Made by a program: the position numbers and the translations under genes. Positions 23,090-33,500 of a stretch of DNA of 64,000 nt are shown here, piece after piece (position 1 is the first letter of the stretch; each line of letters starts with the position of its first letter). The notes beneath the pieces were generated by a model. It was not told where the DNA came from. It saw only the letters and a program-made list of their open reading frames with translations, and did not search any database. This DNA is from Opitutales bacterium (GTDB lineage: Bacteria > Verrucomicrobiota > Verrucomicrobiia > Opitutales > T3Sed10-336): positions 355-64,354 of the forward strand of contig SLTG01000021.1 of the NCBI GenBank assembly GCA_007130045.1, read 5' to 3'.

Positions 23090-23336
23090 CCGGTGTACGC
23101 GGCATCATCCCGCTCTCACGGGCCTGTAATCGACGATAACGGTCCCAGGGAGGAACAATCCGAGAAGGCCCTCGCCAAACTTCGTCCCGTCTTCGACCGG
23201 GAATTCGGGACGATAACCGCGGGCAACGCCTCGCACATTCCTTCGCGAATTGGCCCGCCGCAAGGGCCGGCGCGCGCTGGTTTCCCTGTGCGTCGGCGGA
23301 GGTCAGGGAGCCGCGCTCTGGCTGGAAAGGAGCTGA
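23090..23336 (+). pseudogene. Acetyl-CoA C-acyltransferase (thiolase, FadI/FadA-like) remnant
   Basis: One frame reads DNGPREEQSEKALAKLRPVFDREFGTITAGNAS (thiolase middle). A shifted frame from 23241 reads LRELARRKGRRALVSLCVGGGQGAALWLERS* (thiolase C-terminus). The N-terminus and the intervening part are absent. Confidence 0.85.
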
Positions 23337-23412
23337 TTCACCGCACGATTACAACCGCATTCGGTATTTCAGCCTGAATCATTCGTGAATAATCCAGGAT
23401 TCCAGGAACGTC

Positions 23413-25776
23413 ATGAAGGATAAAAACAACGAGCAGCCGGCCGCAAGCGCCGAAACCGCGAACGCGGCTCCCGAACCGACCCGATTCCGGCTGGAACGCC
23501 GGGAGGACGGGATCTGTATCGTCACTTTCGACCGTCCGGGTTCATCGGCCAACCTGCTCGACCGAACGGTCTTCAAAGAGCTCGGCCAGGTTCTCGACAC
23601 CCTTGGGGAAGACCGGGCGGTTCGCGGACTGGTATTCGCCACGGCCAAACCGTCGATCTTTATCGCGGGGGCCGACCTGAACGCGCTCTCCGAAGGCGTC
23701 CCCCGGGAGGAAGTCGAACGGTTGGTTGACGAGGGGCAGAGCGTGATGAATCGCATCGCCGGATTTCCGAAGGCCACGGCGGCCGCGATTCACGGGGCCT
23801 GCGCGGGCGGCGGCTTCGAACTCGCCCTCGCGTGCGACTGGCGCGTCGCCTCCGACGACCGCTCCACCCGAATCGGTCTGCCCGAAACGCAACTCGGCCT
23901 GATTCCGGCCTGGGGCGGCTGCACCCGCCTCACCCGGCTCGCCGGCCCCGCCTCCGCGGCCGACCTCATTCTGAACGGAAAGCTCCTCCCGGCGACGCAG
24001 GCTGCCGCGCGGGGGTTGATCGACGCCGTGTGTCCAAAGGAACACCTGATCAGCCTGGCCATCCGCAAGGTCCGCTCGGGCAGGAATCGAGCCGCCCTCC
24101 GCCCGGACGAACTCCTGCGCAGAGCGCAGGCGCCGGTCGTGAAAATCGTGGCGCGACGGAAACTCCGGCGCCGCGGCGGCGGACATTACCCGGCGCCCGC
24201 CCTGGCGCTTTCCGTAATCACCGACGGCGCCCTTCGCTCGAAACAGGAAAGTTTCCGACTTGAGAAGGAAGCGATCGCCCAGGCGGCGCTGACCGATGTA
24301 TCCAAAAACTTGATCCGAATATTCCTTCTCCGCGAAAAGGCGTCGAAAAAGACGGGCAAAGCCGCAGTGCCGTCGCGAATGGCGGTCATCGGCGCGGGCG
24401 TGATGGGATCCGGGATCGCCCATTGGTTTTCCTCCCGCGGATCGCGCGTGCTCCTCAACGACATCGGTCCCGACGAGGTCGACCGGGGAATGGCTGCCGT
24501 CGTGCGGCTCTACAGGAAGGGAGTCCAGCGGAGAATCTTTACCGATAACGAAATGCGCAGAGCGCTCGACCGGATCTCCCCAACGGCCGACCCGGCGCCT
24601 CTGACCCATACCGAACTCGTTATTGAGGCGGCGATGGAGGATCTGTCCGTAAAAAAGGATCTTTTCCGGCAGCTCGAAGCCCGCGCCGGACCGGATACGA
24701 TCCTCGCGACCAATACTTCCGCCCTTTCAATCGCCGGGATCGCCTCGGCGTGCCAACGCCCGGAACGGGTGATCGGGATTCATTTCTTCAATCCGGTTCA
24801 TCGGATGCCCCTGGTGGAAGTCGTGCCGGGAGAGAAGACCGATCCCGGCATCACGGACACAGTCCTCGACATCGTGAGAAGCGCCGGGAAAGTTCCGGTC
24901 GTGGTTGGAGACAATCCGGGGTTCCTCGTCAATCGGATTCTGATGCCGTACCTGGTGGAGGCCGTCCTTCTGTTTGAAGAAGGAATTCCGGTAAGCGGGA
25001 TCGACGCGGCGATGACGGGCTTCGGCATGCCGATGGGACCGCTCAGGCTCCTCGACGAGGTGGGAATCGACGTTGCGGGTCACGTGGCGAAAACCCTCGC
25101 CGACGCCTACCCGGACCGGATGCAGACGCCGGCCACACTGGATACGCTTATTGAGAAAAAACGCTTCGGAAAGAAGGCCGGAACCGGATTCTACGACCAC
25201 ACCGGCCGGCACGCGAAACCCAGCCGCGAAACCGGGCGGCTGCAACGGGTCCGTCACGGCGAAAACCTTTCCAGGGAAGCGATCGTCGAGCGGCTCGGCT
25301 TTGCCCTCATCAACGAGGCCGCCCGCTGCATCGACGATCCGCCCCCGGGCGCAAGGTTTCCCTCCGCCGGATCGCCCGGGGACGTCGACCTGGCGATGGT
25401 CCTGGGCACGGGCTTCGCCCCGTTTCGCGGCGGACCGTTGAGGTACGCGGATTCGCTCGGGATCGGCGCGATCGTCTCGCGCATGCGGACTCTCGAGAAA
25501 TCGGCGGGTGAACGCTTCGCTCCCTGCGGCCTCCTCGTGCCGCGGGAAAATATTCTGCTGGAGGAAGGGAAAGGGCTGAAGGTCGCCCTGACCACTCTCA
25601 ATACCGGTCGTCTTACCCTGCCGGCCGCCTGCGCCGGCCTCTCCAAGCGGTGCCTGGAGATCACGCGGAAGTGGGCCTCCGAACAAATGCTCGCTGCGAG
25701 CGCGAAACCGACCCGTCTCACGGCGCCGGTACCGCCTGACGCAGGACGTAATGAAAGGCGACTACCGCTGGATTGA
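23413..25776 (+). CDS. fadJ: Fatty-acid oxidation complex alpha subunit (FadJ/FadB-like) with chimeric C-terminus
   Basis: Hydratase motifs [17 protein letters not shown] and IGLPETQLG; dehydrogenase motifs GAGVMG, ATNTS, HFFNP and PMGP. After ERFAPCGLL (about 25536) the frame continues into acyl-CoA dehydrogenase sequence. Confidence 0.88.
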   Translation: MKDKNNEQPAASAETANAAPEPTRFRLERREDGICIVTFDRPGSSANLLDRTVFKELGQVLDTLGEDRAVRGLVFATAKPSIFIAGADLNALSEGVPREEVERLVDEGQSVMNRIAGFPKATAAAIHGACAGGGFELALACDWRVASDDRSTRIGLPETQLGLIPAWGGCTRLTRLAGPASAADLILNGKLLPATQAAARGLIDAVCPKEHLISLAIRKVRSGRNRAALRPDELLRRAQAPVVKIVARRKLRRRGGGHYPAPALALSVITDGALRSKQESFRLEKEAIAQAALTDVSKNLIRIFLLREKASKKTGKAAVPSRMAVIGAGVMGSGIAHWFSSRGSRVLLNDIGPDEVDRGMAAVVRLYRKGVQRRIFTDNEMRRALDRISPTADPAPLTHTELVIEAAMEDLSVKKDLFRQLEARAGPDTILATNTSALSIAGIASACQRPERVIGIHFFNPVHRMPLVEVVPGEKTDPGITDTVLDIVRSAGKVPVVVGDNPGFLVNRILMPYLVEAVLLFEEGIPVSGIDAAMTGFGMPMGPLRLLDEVGIDVAGHVAKTLADAYPDRMQTPATLDTLIEKKRFGKKAGTGFYDHTGRHAKPSRETGRLQRVRHGENLSREAIVERLGFALINEAARCIDDPPPGARFPSAGSPGDVDLAMVLGTGFAPFRGGPLRYADSLGIGAIVSRMRTLEKSAGERFAPCGLLVPRENILLEEGKGLKVALTTLNTGRLTLPAACAGLSKRCLEITRKWASEQMLAASAKPTRLTAPVPPDAGRNERRLPLD

Positions 25777-25801
25777 AGATGGAATTCTTGGCGACGGATG
25801 A
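25537..25801 (+). pseudogene. Acyl-CoA dehydrogenase fragments
   Basis: [32 protein letters not shown] is ACAD middle-domain sequence, in frame with fadJ. A second frame (25721-25801) reads [23 protein letters not shown], resembling a long-ACAD C-terminus. Confidence 0.8.
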
Positions 25802-25857
25802 AGCCGCGTCCGGCCGGCCTTTCTCCCGGAAGGCGAGCCGGACCCCTGCACCAACTC

Positions 25858-27123
25858 CTATAACCTGTTTTTCCTCGATATAATTTCGCCGGATGACAGA
25901 ACGATCTCGGCGGTCCATTCCCCTCTCATGTCTTCTACCAATACCGGATCCTGTCTCCAGTTATTGATCCAGAATACTGAAAAAGGTTCATCATAACAGG
26001 TATATATCAATTCATCATTTCTATAGAAATTCACATAGTTTATTGTCTCAGGATATAGGCTTGAAACCCTTAACCACCTCTTTCCTTCATATTCCATCCC
26101 AGGCTCAAATCCATGAAAATAAAACTGCTCTTCCCTGGGTATTTCGTCTAATTTTATCCCTATTCCCTGTGCCATTCTATGTGCGAAAAACCTGTCCTCG
26201 CCGTCCAGCACTCCCCATTTCACCGGAGGTTCTTGTTTTGTCATATTATTATAATACCCCCATGATGCATGCAGATTAAATGACACCTCCATGTTCCCGA
26301 TTGCCTGGGAATCTTCATTGCAAACCACAGGTTTACCCGGAGAAATTTCCCGTACCTTCTTAATTAAATTATAAAATTTCTGCCTGCTACAATTATTGCC
26401 ATGAATCAATATTACATCCGAAGCCCTTGTTACCTGCTCATTATAGCGACCTCCGGTGAGACTACAACCCACCGGCATCCCGCCGGATGCTTCTCTTGCA
26501 ATGTTTATCAAAACCGCCATCCCCTCATCTTCCATTGCTATTGGATGTGATCTAAATGCGTTATGTTCATTAGCAATTTCGATAATAACATTTGTACATT
26601 TTTGATCTTTTAGATATTTTGAAGCAGTTTTTACCGAGTTTACGACAGCAGTGGCATCTTTTATTCGACTGATCTGCATATGATAAAAGTAGCTAACGAT
26701 AACTACCATACCTTTTTCGTCGGCTGCTCTGATAATTCGTCCCAATCTGTCCAAGTATTTACTATCAATACTTAACCCATCATCGCTGAACGGGTTATTA
26801 TTAATGGTGTCATTGCTAATGGTAAAGCACGGCCCCCCACCCTGTAAACCTACTGTAAATGCCCGTAAGCCATACGAATACCATTCATCCAGTGATGCTA
26901 TTAAATTATCTGTGTTCTTATCCGGGTCATACTTTTTTACGCCAAATCGATTAAACCTGGAAATATCTTCTTTTTCATCAAATATTCCCTGTATGAATCT
27001 AGCGTTCATCAATAACCCATGAGACTGCTCTTTACTCCCGATAATTTCAGAATATGTCTTCTTCCCGTTAACAAGAAAATCCTCACCCTGTATTGATAAA
27101 ACCGTTTTTCCCATAATATTCAT
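25858..27123 (-). CDS. Putative clan-A (GH5-like) TIM-barrel glycoside hydrolase, AT-rich
   Basis: IEIANE acid/base-like motif, ILIHGN and PVVCNED nucleophile-like motif. Visibly much more AT-rich than its flanks. Confidence 0.7.
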   Translation of the reverse strand: MNIMGKTVLSIQGEDFLVNGKKTYSEIIGSKEQSHGLLMNARFIQGIFDEKEDISRFNRFGVKKYDPDKNTDNLIASLDEWYSYGLRAFTVGLQGGGPCFTISNDTINNNPFSDDGLSIDSKYLDRLGRIIRAADEKGMVVIVSYFYHMQISRIKDATAVVNSVKTASKYLKDQKCTNVIIEIANEHNAFRSHPIAMEDEGMAVLINIAREASGGMPVGCSLTGGRYNEQVTRASDVILIHGNNCSRQKFYNLIKKVREISPGKPVVCNEDSQAIGNMEVSFNLHASWGYYNNMTKQEPPVKWGVLDGEDRFFAHRMAQGIGIKLDEIPREEQFYFHGFEPGMEYEGKRWLRVSSLYPETINYVNFYRNDELIYTCYDEPFSVFWINNWRQDPVLVEDMRGEWTAEIVLSSGEIISRKNRL

Positions 27124-27422
27124 TCTCCCTTAATTAATATCATCTGTGAATTTTGCACTATTAAATTGATATAATAGTGACGAGAAATCGCTTTTCCGGC
27201 TGCGCGGACACGAGCCCGCTAAACCGACCTGAAAAAGCGCTTTCACCGGAAGGATGGTGGCAGAAGCAGCAATGATGCGTCAAGACCCCGTTTTGACAAT
27301 TGGCAACCAATCATGATTCTGCCGGCGGTATTTATAAGTTGCAAAGGCGATTACCATTAGCTTGAAGACGGGATACCTGTGCGCGGGGAGGACCAATCGA
27401 ACCTGTAATCGCGCGGAAAGAG

Positions 27423-28478
27423 TCAGCGCTTCAGCATATTTGCAAACGCATCCTTGTCGGAGGCTTTCATGTACGCTTCCTCGTTCGAAATCTTCCCGGC
27501 TTCGAGGCATTGTTTGATGGAGCTGTCCATGAGGCGCATGCCCCGGGACGAGCTGCTTTCAATGATGCTCCTGATGTCGCTGATTCGGCCGGTTCGGATC
27601 GTATTGGGGAGCGCTTCGTGCTTGAGAAGAATCTCGTGCACGGCGATTCGACCCTTCGGGACGCGTTTGCAGAGCAGTTGTGAAACGACACAGGCGAGAC
27701 TGTTGGCCAGCATGACGCGGATCTGCGCCTGCTCGTCCGCCGGAAAGGCGTCGATGATCCGGTCGACCGTCTTGGGGGCGTTGTTGGTGTGCAGCGTACC
27801 GATGACCAACATTCCCATCGAAGAGCAGTTGAGCGCCAGCTTGATCGTTTCAAGGTCGCGCATTTCTCCCACGAGCACAATGTCGGGGTCCGCGCGCATC
27901 GCTCCGCGTAACGCGTTGCCAAAGGAGGCGGTGTGGGATCCGACCTCGCGGTGAACGATCACACTGCGTTTGTTGGGATGCACGAACTCGATCGGATCCT
28001 CGATGGTGATAATGTGTTTTTGAAAATTCTCGTTGATGTGGTCGATCATCGCGGCGAGCGTCGTCGATTTGCCGCTCCCGGTGGGACCGGTGACAAGCAC
28101 AAGCCCCTCGTTGTAGGCGCAAACCTCCCGCAGGACGTCGGGCAATCCCAGTTTGTCGAAGGAGAGGATTTCGGCGGGAATCTGGCGGAAGACGGCGGCC
28201 TTGCCCCAGTGGTTGTAGAGATAACTTCCGCGAAATCGCGCCAGCCCGGGAATCTCGTAGGCGAAGTCCAGGTCCTGCCGGGCAAGATAATCGTTCCAGC
28301 GGTCGTCCGGACAGATTTCCCGCAGGAGCGCGGTCATCTCATCGGCGGAGACCGCCGTTTCATATAGGGGACGGATCGCGCCCGAGGCGCGGATTTTCGG
28401 AGGCGAGCCAATGGTGAGGTGAAGGTCGGAGCCGTCCGCATCCAGCATTGCCCGCAGGTATTCATCGATTCTGGCCAT
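27423..28478 (-). CDS. pilT: PilT/PilU family type IV pilus retraction ATPase
   Basis: SDLHL, GPTGSGKSTT, ITIEDPIE, DPDIVLVGEMRD and GTLHTN. Confidence 0.92.
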   Translation of the reverse strand: MARIDEYLRAMLDADGSDLHLTIGSPPKIRASGAIRPLYETAVSADEMTALLREICPDDRWNDYLARQDLDFAYEIPGLARFRGSYLYNHWGKAAVFRQIPAEILSFDKLGLPDVLREVCAYNEGLVLVTGPTGSGKSTTLAAMIDHINENFQKHIITIEDPIEFVHPNKRSVIVHREVGSHTASFGNALRGAMRADPDIVLVGEMRDLETIKLALNCSSMGMLVIGTLHTNNAPKTVDRIIDAFPADEQAQIRVMLANSLACVVSQLLCKRVPKGRIAVHEILLKHEALPNTIRTGRISDIRSIIESSSSRGMRLMDSSIKQCLEAGKISNEEAYMKASDKDAFANMLKR

Positions 28479-28481
28479 GAT

Positions 28482-29750
28482 CTATCGGTTTCGGGCGAAA
28501 AATCCGCGCTTTTTCGGTTCGGCCGGCTCCGGAGCGGGAGCCGGATTTCGGATCTCCCTGCCGGCAATCTCACTTCGGAGATTCGCCAGGGCGACATCAT
28601 CCGAAAGTTTTCCCTCGCGCCACAGTTCCAACACCGAGCTGTCCATCGTCATCATACCCTCCGCCTTGCCGGTCTCCATGACGTTGCCGAGTCCTTGTGT
28701 CTTGCCTTCGCGGATGAGGGCCGACACAGCGGGACTCCGGAGAAGGAGTTCGGTCGCGAGGACAAGTCCCCCTCCCCTTGCCGGAAGCAGACGCTGGCAG
28801 ATTATCCCGCGCAGGCTTTCCGCCACCATCGCCCGGATCTGAGGCTGCTGGGCGGGTGGAAAGACATCGAGCAACCGGTTCAATGTGGTCGCGGCATCGC
28901 TGGTGTGGATCGTTCCGATTACAAGGTGTCCGGTTTCCGACGCGCTGATAGCCATTTCGACCGTCTGGAGGTCACGCATTTCCCCGATCACAATGATATC
29001 GGGATCCTGCCGAAGCGCTCCTTTCAGCGCGCGATGAAAGGTCTCGGTGTGCTCACCGACGCCGCGCTGGGTGATCGCGCAACGATCGGGGTGGTGGACG
29101 AACTCGATCGGCTCCTCGACGGATATCAGATGGTCGTCGCGTGTCCGGTTGAGTTGCTGTACAAGGGAGGCCAGGGTTGTCGTCTTGCCCGAGCCCACGG
29201 GACCCGCAACAATAATCAGGCCGTTGTGGTAGGAAAGGAGCCTGTCGATCGTTTTCGCGCTGCGAAATCCCAGCTCCAAAAAGGATCGGATCTCGCGGGG
29301 AACGGTTCGATACGAGCCGGCAAGCCCGTCCTTATGCACCATGAGATTCGCGCGGTACCGCTCGCCTGTCGGAAACGGAAGCGCAAAATCAAGCTCCCGG
29401 TTCTGCTGAAAGTCGGCCCATTGCGATTCGGACAAAAGCGCGCGGTTCAGGCCTTCGGCCACCTCGGAGCCGAGCGGCTCGGAATCAAGATAGTGAACCT
29501 CCCGGTCGCGCCGCACAAACGGCCGCGCCCCGGCGCTCAGATGTACATCGCTCGCGCCGCCGGCCGCCGCGTGTCGAAGAATGGCGATCATCGCCTCCCG
29601 CCAAACACCGTCACCGGCTCCCCCCATCGCTGAAAAGTCGGGAAGTTCGGGAGTTGCCGATTCAACGAATACCGAGGTTTCGCCGGAACCGCCTCCAGGA
29701 GCGGCCATCTCGGCCGGCGGTTCAAGAGTGGATTGCGTGTTGGCGTACAT
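28482..29750 (-). CDS. PilT/PilU family ATPase with N-terminal extension
   Basis: ASDVHL, GPVGSGKTTT, EEPIE, ALRQDPDIIVIGEMRD, ETGHLVIGTIHT and AVSALIREG. Start codon uncertain. Confidence 0.9.
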   Translation of the reverse strand: MYANTQSTLEPPAEMAAPGGGSGETSVFVESATPELPDFSAMGGAGDGVWREAMIAILRHAAAGGASDVHLSAGARPFVRRDREVHYLDSEPLGSEVAEGLNRALLSESQWADFQQNRELDFALPFPTGERYRANLMVHKDGLAGSYRTVPREIRSFLELGFRSAKTIDRLLSYHNGLIIVAGPVGSGKTTTLASLVQQLNRTRDDHLISVEEPIEFVHHPDRCAITQRGVGEHTETFHRALKGALRQDPDIIVIGEMRDLQTVEMAISASETGHLVIGTIHTSDAATTLNRLLDVFPPAQQPQIRAMVAESLRGIICQRLLPARGGGLVLATELLLRSPAVSALIREGKTQGLGNVMETGKAEGMMTMDSSVLELWREGKLSDDVALANLRSEIAGREIRNPAPAPEPAEPKKRGFFARNR

Positions 29751-29930
29751 TCGTGGGAATAGAAAGGAGAATGCATGGGAGCGCAAGCAAAGATAGTGTA
29801 AAACCCTATTAAAATGTTAGCCATTCACCTCATTTACTCGCGTCAACCACGCCGCGGCGACAGTTCTCCCGGCCGAAAAACCCGTGGACGGCCGCAATTT
29901 CCCTTCCAACGCCCGGCCCCGTCAACGAGG

Positions 29931-30095
29931 GGCGGGCTGAAGGATACGCGTGTGGGATGGCGAAAATATGGGGAGTACCTGGAGTTTCTTGCTGCGGAGA
30001 AAGCGTCTCAGAGGGATTTGGTTTCTAAGAGGATTACTCGTGGGTGGTGCATGGGGACCAAAGAGTTCAAGACGGAAATGAGGAAGGAAGCCGAT
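29931..30095 (+). mobile_element. Fragment resembling the C-terminal part of an IS200-like/RAYT (Y1) transposase
   Basis: GGLKDTRVGWRKYGEYLEFLA...RGWCMGTKEFK resembles the RGWxLGxxxF region of verrucomicrobial Y1 transposases, recalled from memory. No HUH N-terminus is present. Confidence 0.55.
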
Positions 30096-30525
30096 CCGGA
30101 GGGGTTCATGCCGAACCAGGTAACAATTGAACTTGATTTGGTTGCCGATGGGCGATAAGGCTGTCGCAGAATGGTGAACAGAGACTTGACAGATAAGGCG
30201 GCACAATGCGGCTTATGAATCCCCGTTTTGAGTGACGCAAAATTTGCCGATATTCGGGAATCGTTTTAAGCTGTTTTCAACAAACCGACATAAAGCCATG
30301 AAAGCCGGATGCCATTTCCTTAGTCCGCCGATGGATTCGGTGGTTTCGCACTCATGGGCCTTTTCGGCCGGAGCATTGGCATTACTCGGAGTCAACCCTT
30401 CTCCTTCCGGGCGCCGGGACGATCCGTTCGTTTGCCGGCCCGGCGTGCCGCGTGGATTTTCGCGGCGCATTTCTCCTCCGTCCGGAGGATAATCTGTTCA
30501 ATACGGGACCTGAAAGGAGGTCGCG

Positions 30526-33500
30526 ATGAAAAGTCTACACGCCGAATGGTCCAAACACCTCGGCGGTCTCAGGCGATGGGCACGGCGGCGCTTGCAGTTC
30601 AGCCGGAAAATTCTGCGGAAGAGATTCCGGTTGCTTTGCCAAACATTCTTCCTTCGCACGTTGCTCCTTGCGATCTCCGTTTTCGTTTGCGGATCCGGAT
30701 TCGCCGACGAGGCGCCGAAATACAGCTATTACCACCAGGACGAACTGATCGTCCTCAAGCCGAGCCCGCGACTCATTGTGCTGCCGTCCGATGAAATCAC
30801 GATGAGCGAATTCCTCGGCGATCGCCGGATACATCGGGACAGACTGAGCGACTCGTCCGCCTTGCGGGAACGGGGAATCGCGGTCTACCGGATTCCGGTG
30901 TCGAAAGGGCAGACTCCGGAGCCTGCGATGAGCCCCGCGCTGATCGAAATTTTCATTCACAACACCGGGAAAGTCTCGCAACCGGTCTTCGAACAGGGAG
31001 CATCGGTTCTGATCCCCGCCGACGAAGTGATCGTCGGATTGGATGGCATCGCATCGCTCGATCAAGCCGTCGCGTTCCTGGGACCAAACATGGATAATCT
31101 CGGGATCGTCGCGATGCGCGCCCACCGTCCGAACACCTTCATTGTCACCATCCAACCCGCCGGCAACGGGCGAGCCTTCGACATCGCCCGCGCGTTATCG
31201 GCTCGCAAGGAGGTGACCTTCGCCGAACCGAACTTCATCGTGATTTCACGCAACGGTCTGTATTCTCCCGCGCCGGCCGCCCGCACAATCCCGACCGCAC
31301 GCCCCGTGCCGGAAGTTGCCGCCCTGCCGGCGGAAACGTGGCGCGAAACCGAAGCGCCATTCACGACGGTCACGACATCCGGAGCCGGCGCGGTCGAATG
31401 GGTGACCATCGCGAGCCTGGACTTCGAATCGCCCGATCTGCCCTACGGGTGGTCGTCCGTTTACTATTTGGGCGCCACTCCCGCCCACTGGGGTCGAACC
31501 TCCTACCGGGCGCGCAGCGGTTCCCACTCCCTATACTGCGCGGCCGGAGGATTCTTCGGGACCCCTGCCCCCGGTCCCGCACCCGCCAGCATGCACGCTT
31601 ATTTAATGAGCCCCTTCTTCAATTTTCAGGCATACCAGGAGGTGTACCTCGAGTTCTGGTTCTACGCGAAGAACGAGCAGTATCCGGACTCAAATCCCGA
31701 ACAGTTCTTCGATTACGCGGAAATCGAAATTATCGATTACGACACCGGGCGCACCGACAGCCGGATGCTGGTCTCGGGAGCCGGTGGCGACATGACGCTC
31801 GATCCGACCACCGAAAACGGCTGGCGCAGGGCGTTGATCCGCGTCGGGCCGGGTTTGCGCAAAAACGTGGTGTTCTTTTTCAACTTCATCACGGACTGGA
31901 GCGTGCAGACCGAGGGCGTTTACCTCGACGACATCCGCATCATCGGCACGACCAACGTCGACGCCTTTCCGGTCAGTAACGATACCTACAGCGCGCGCCA
32001 GTACGAACTGAGAAACTCCGGGCAGATCGCCGGGCTCGGAAATCGCACGAACGACATGAAGGTTCCGGAAGCGTGGGATCTCGTATCCGTCTCTCCCGAC
32101 ATCGTCGTCGCGGTGATCGACAGCGGGGTCGATCTCGGCCACCCCGACCTGAACCTGGTCACCGGCTACAACGCCGACGGAACGGTCGGCGGCGGACCCG
32201 ACGCAAACTACCCGGACGCCCACGGAACCGCCTGCGCCGGAAATGTCGGGGCGATCGGAAACAACAATGCCGGAGTGGTCGGGGTAGCTCCCGGGGTGAA
32301 GATCATGCCCATCAACAACGGCGGAGAAACCGCGACGATGGCAACCGCCCTGGACGTTGCCGTTCTGCGCGGCGCAAAGATTCTCAGCAACTCGTGGGGT
32401 TGGGTGGGTGCGCCTTCCACCGACATCACAAACGCGGTCAACGACGCCCTTTCCGCCGGGCGCATCGTTGTTTTCGCCGCCGGAAACGGACCGGACCGCG
32501 CGCCCTGGACTTACGAAGTCGCTTTTCCGGGAAGTTTGACGGGAAGCAGCGACGTCATCTCCGTCGGCGCGTCCAGTCCAACCGACGAGCACAAGTCCGC
32601 CTCCAGCAGTGACGGCGAGTTCGCCTGGGGCTCCAGCTATATCGGCGCCGGGCCCGACATCGTCGCTCCGGGTCCCTGGAGTTACACCACCGACATCCGC
32701 GGCGCCGCCGGCTACAACGACGGATCGAAACTCGCCGATCCCGCCTACAATCCCGCCTTCGGCGGAACGTCTTCCTCGGCCCCCAAGGTGTCGGGGATCG
32801 TCGCACTGATGCTTTCTGGCAATCCGCATCTGACGCCGGGACAGGTAAAATCGATCCTTGCATCGACGGCCGACGACATCGATGCTCCCGGACTCGACGA
32901 CAAGACCGGCGCGGGACGGGTGAATGCCTTCAAGGCGGTGCTGGCGGCTCAGGGAGGAAGCGTCCCCGAGGCGCCGGCGGCGCCCACAAACCTCACGGCC
33001 GCGGCGACCGCGACCGATCGGATCGACCTGGCGTGGACCGACAACGCGACAAACGAAGACGGCTTCCGGATTCAAATCCGAACCGGACTTGCGGGCGACT
33101 GGACGACGGACCCCGGTGTGTGGCCGGCAGACACGACCGGCGCAAGTATCCAAAATCTGGATTCATCGACACCGTATTTCTTCCGCGTGTATGCCTTTAA
33201 TTCAGCGGGTAATTCCGGCTTTTCGAACGAAGCGTCCGCAACGACCCCACCCGATGAAACCGGTCCGTCCAACGACCGTTTCGCCGGCGCCACCATAATT
33301 CACGGTCTGTCCGGCGCCGTATCCGCGACAAACACCGGCGCCTCGAGAGAGCCCGGCGAGCCCGATCACGCGAATGTGCCGGGAGGCGGTTCGGTCTGGT
33401 TCAGATGGACCTCTCCTTCACAAGGGGTCGCAAGCTTCGACACTTTCGGAAGCGATTTTGACACGGTTCTCGCCGTCTATACCGGCGACAATGTCGCCGC

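Noticed and set aside
27287-30231. Short shared sequence CCCCGTTTTGA on both sides of the pilT pair as possible element ends
   Set aside because: The match is only 11 bp, with no intact transposase or integrase, so it could be chance.
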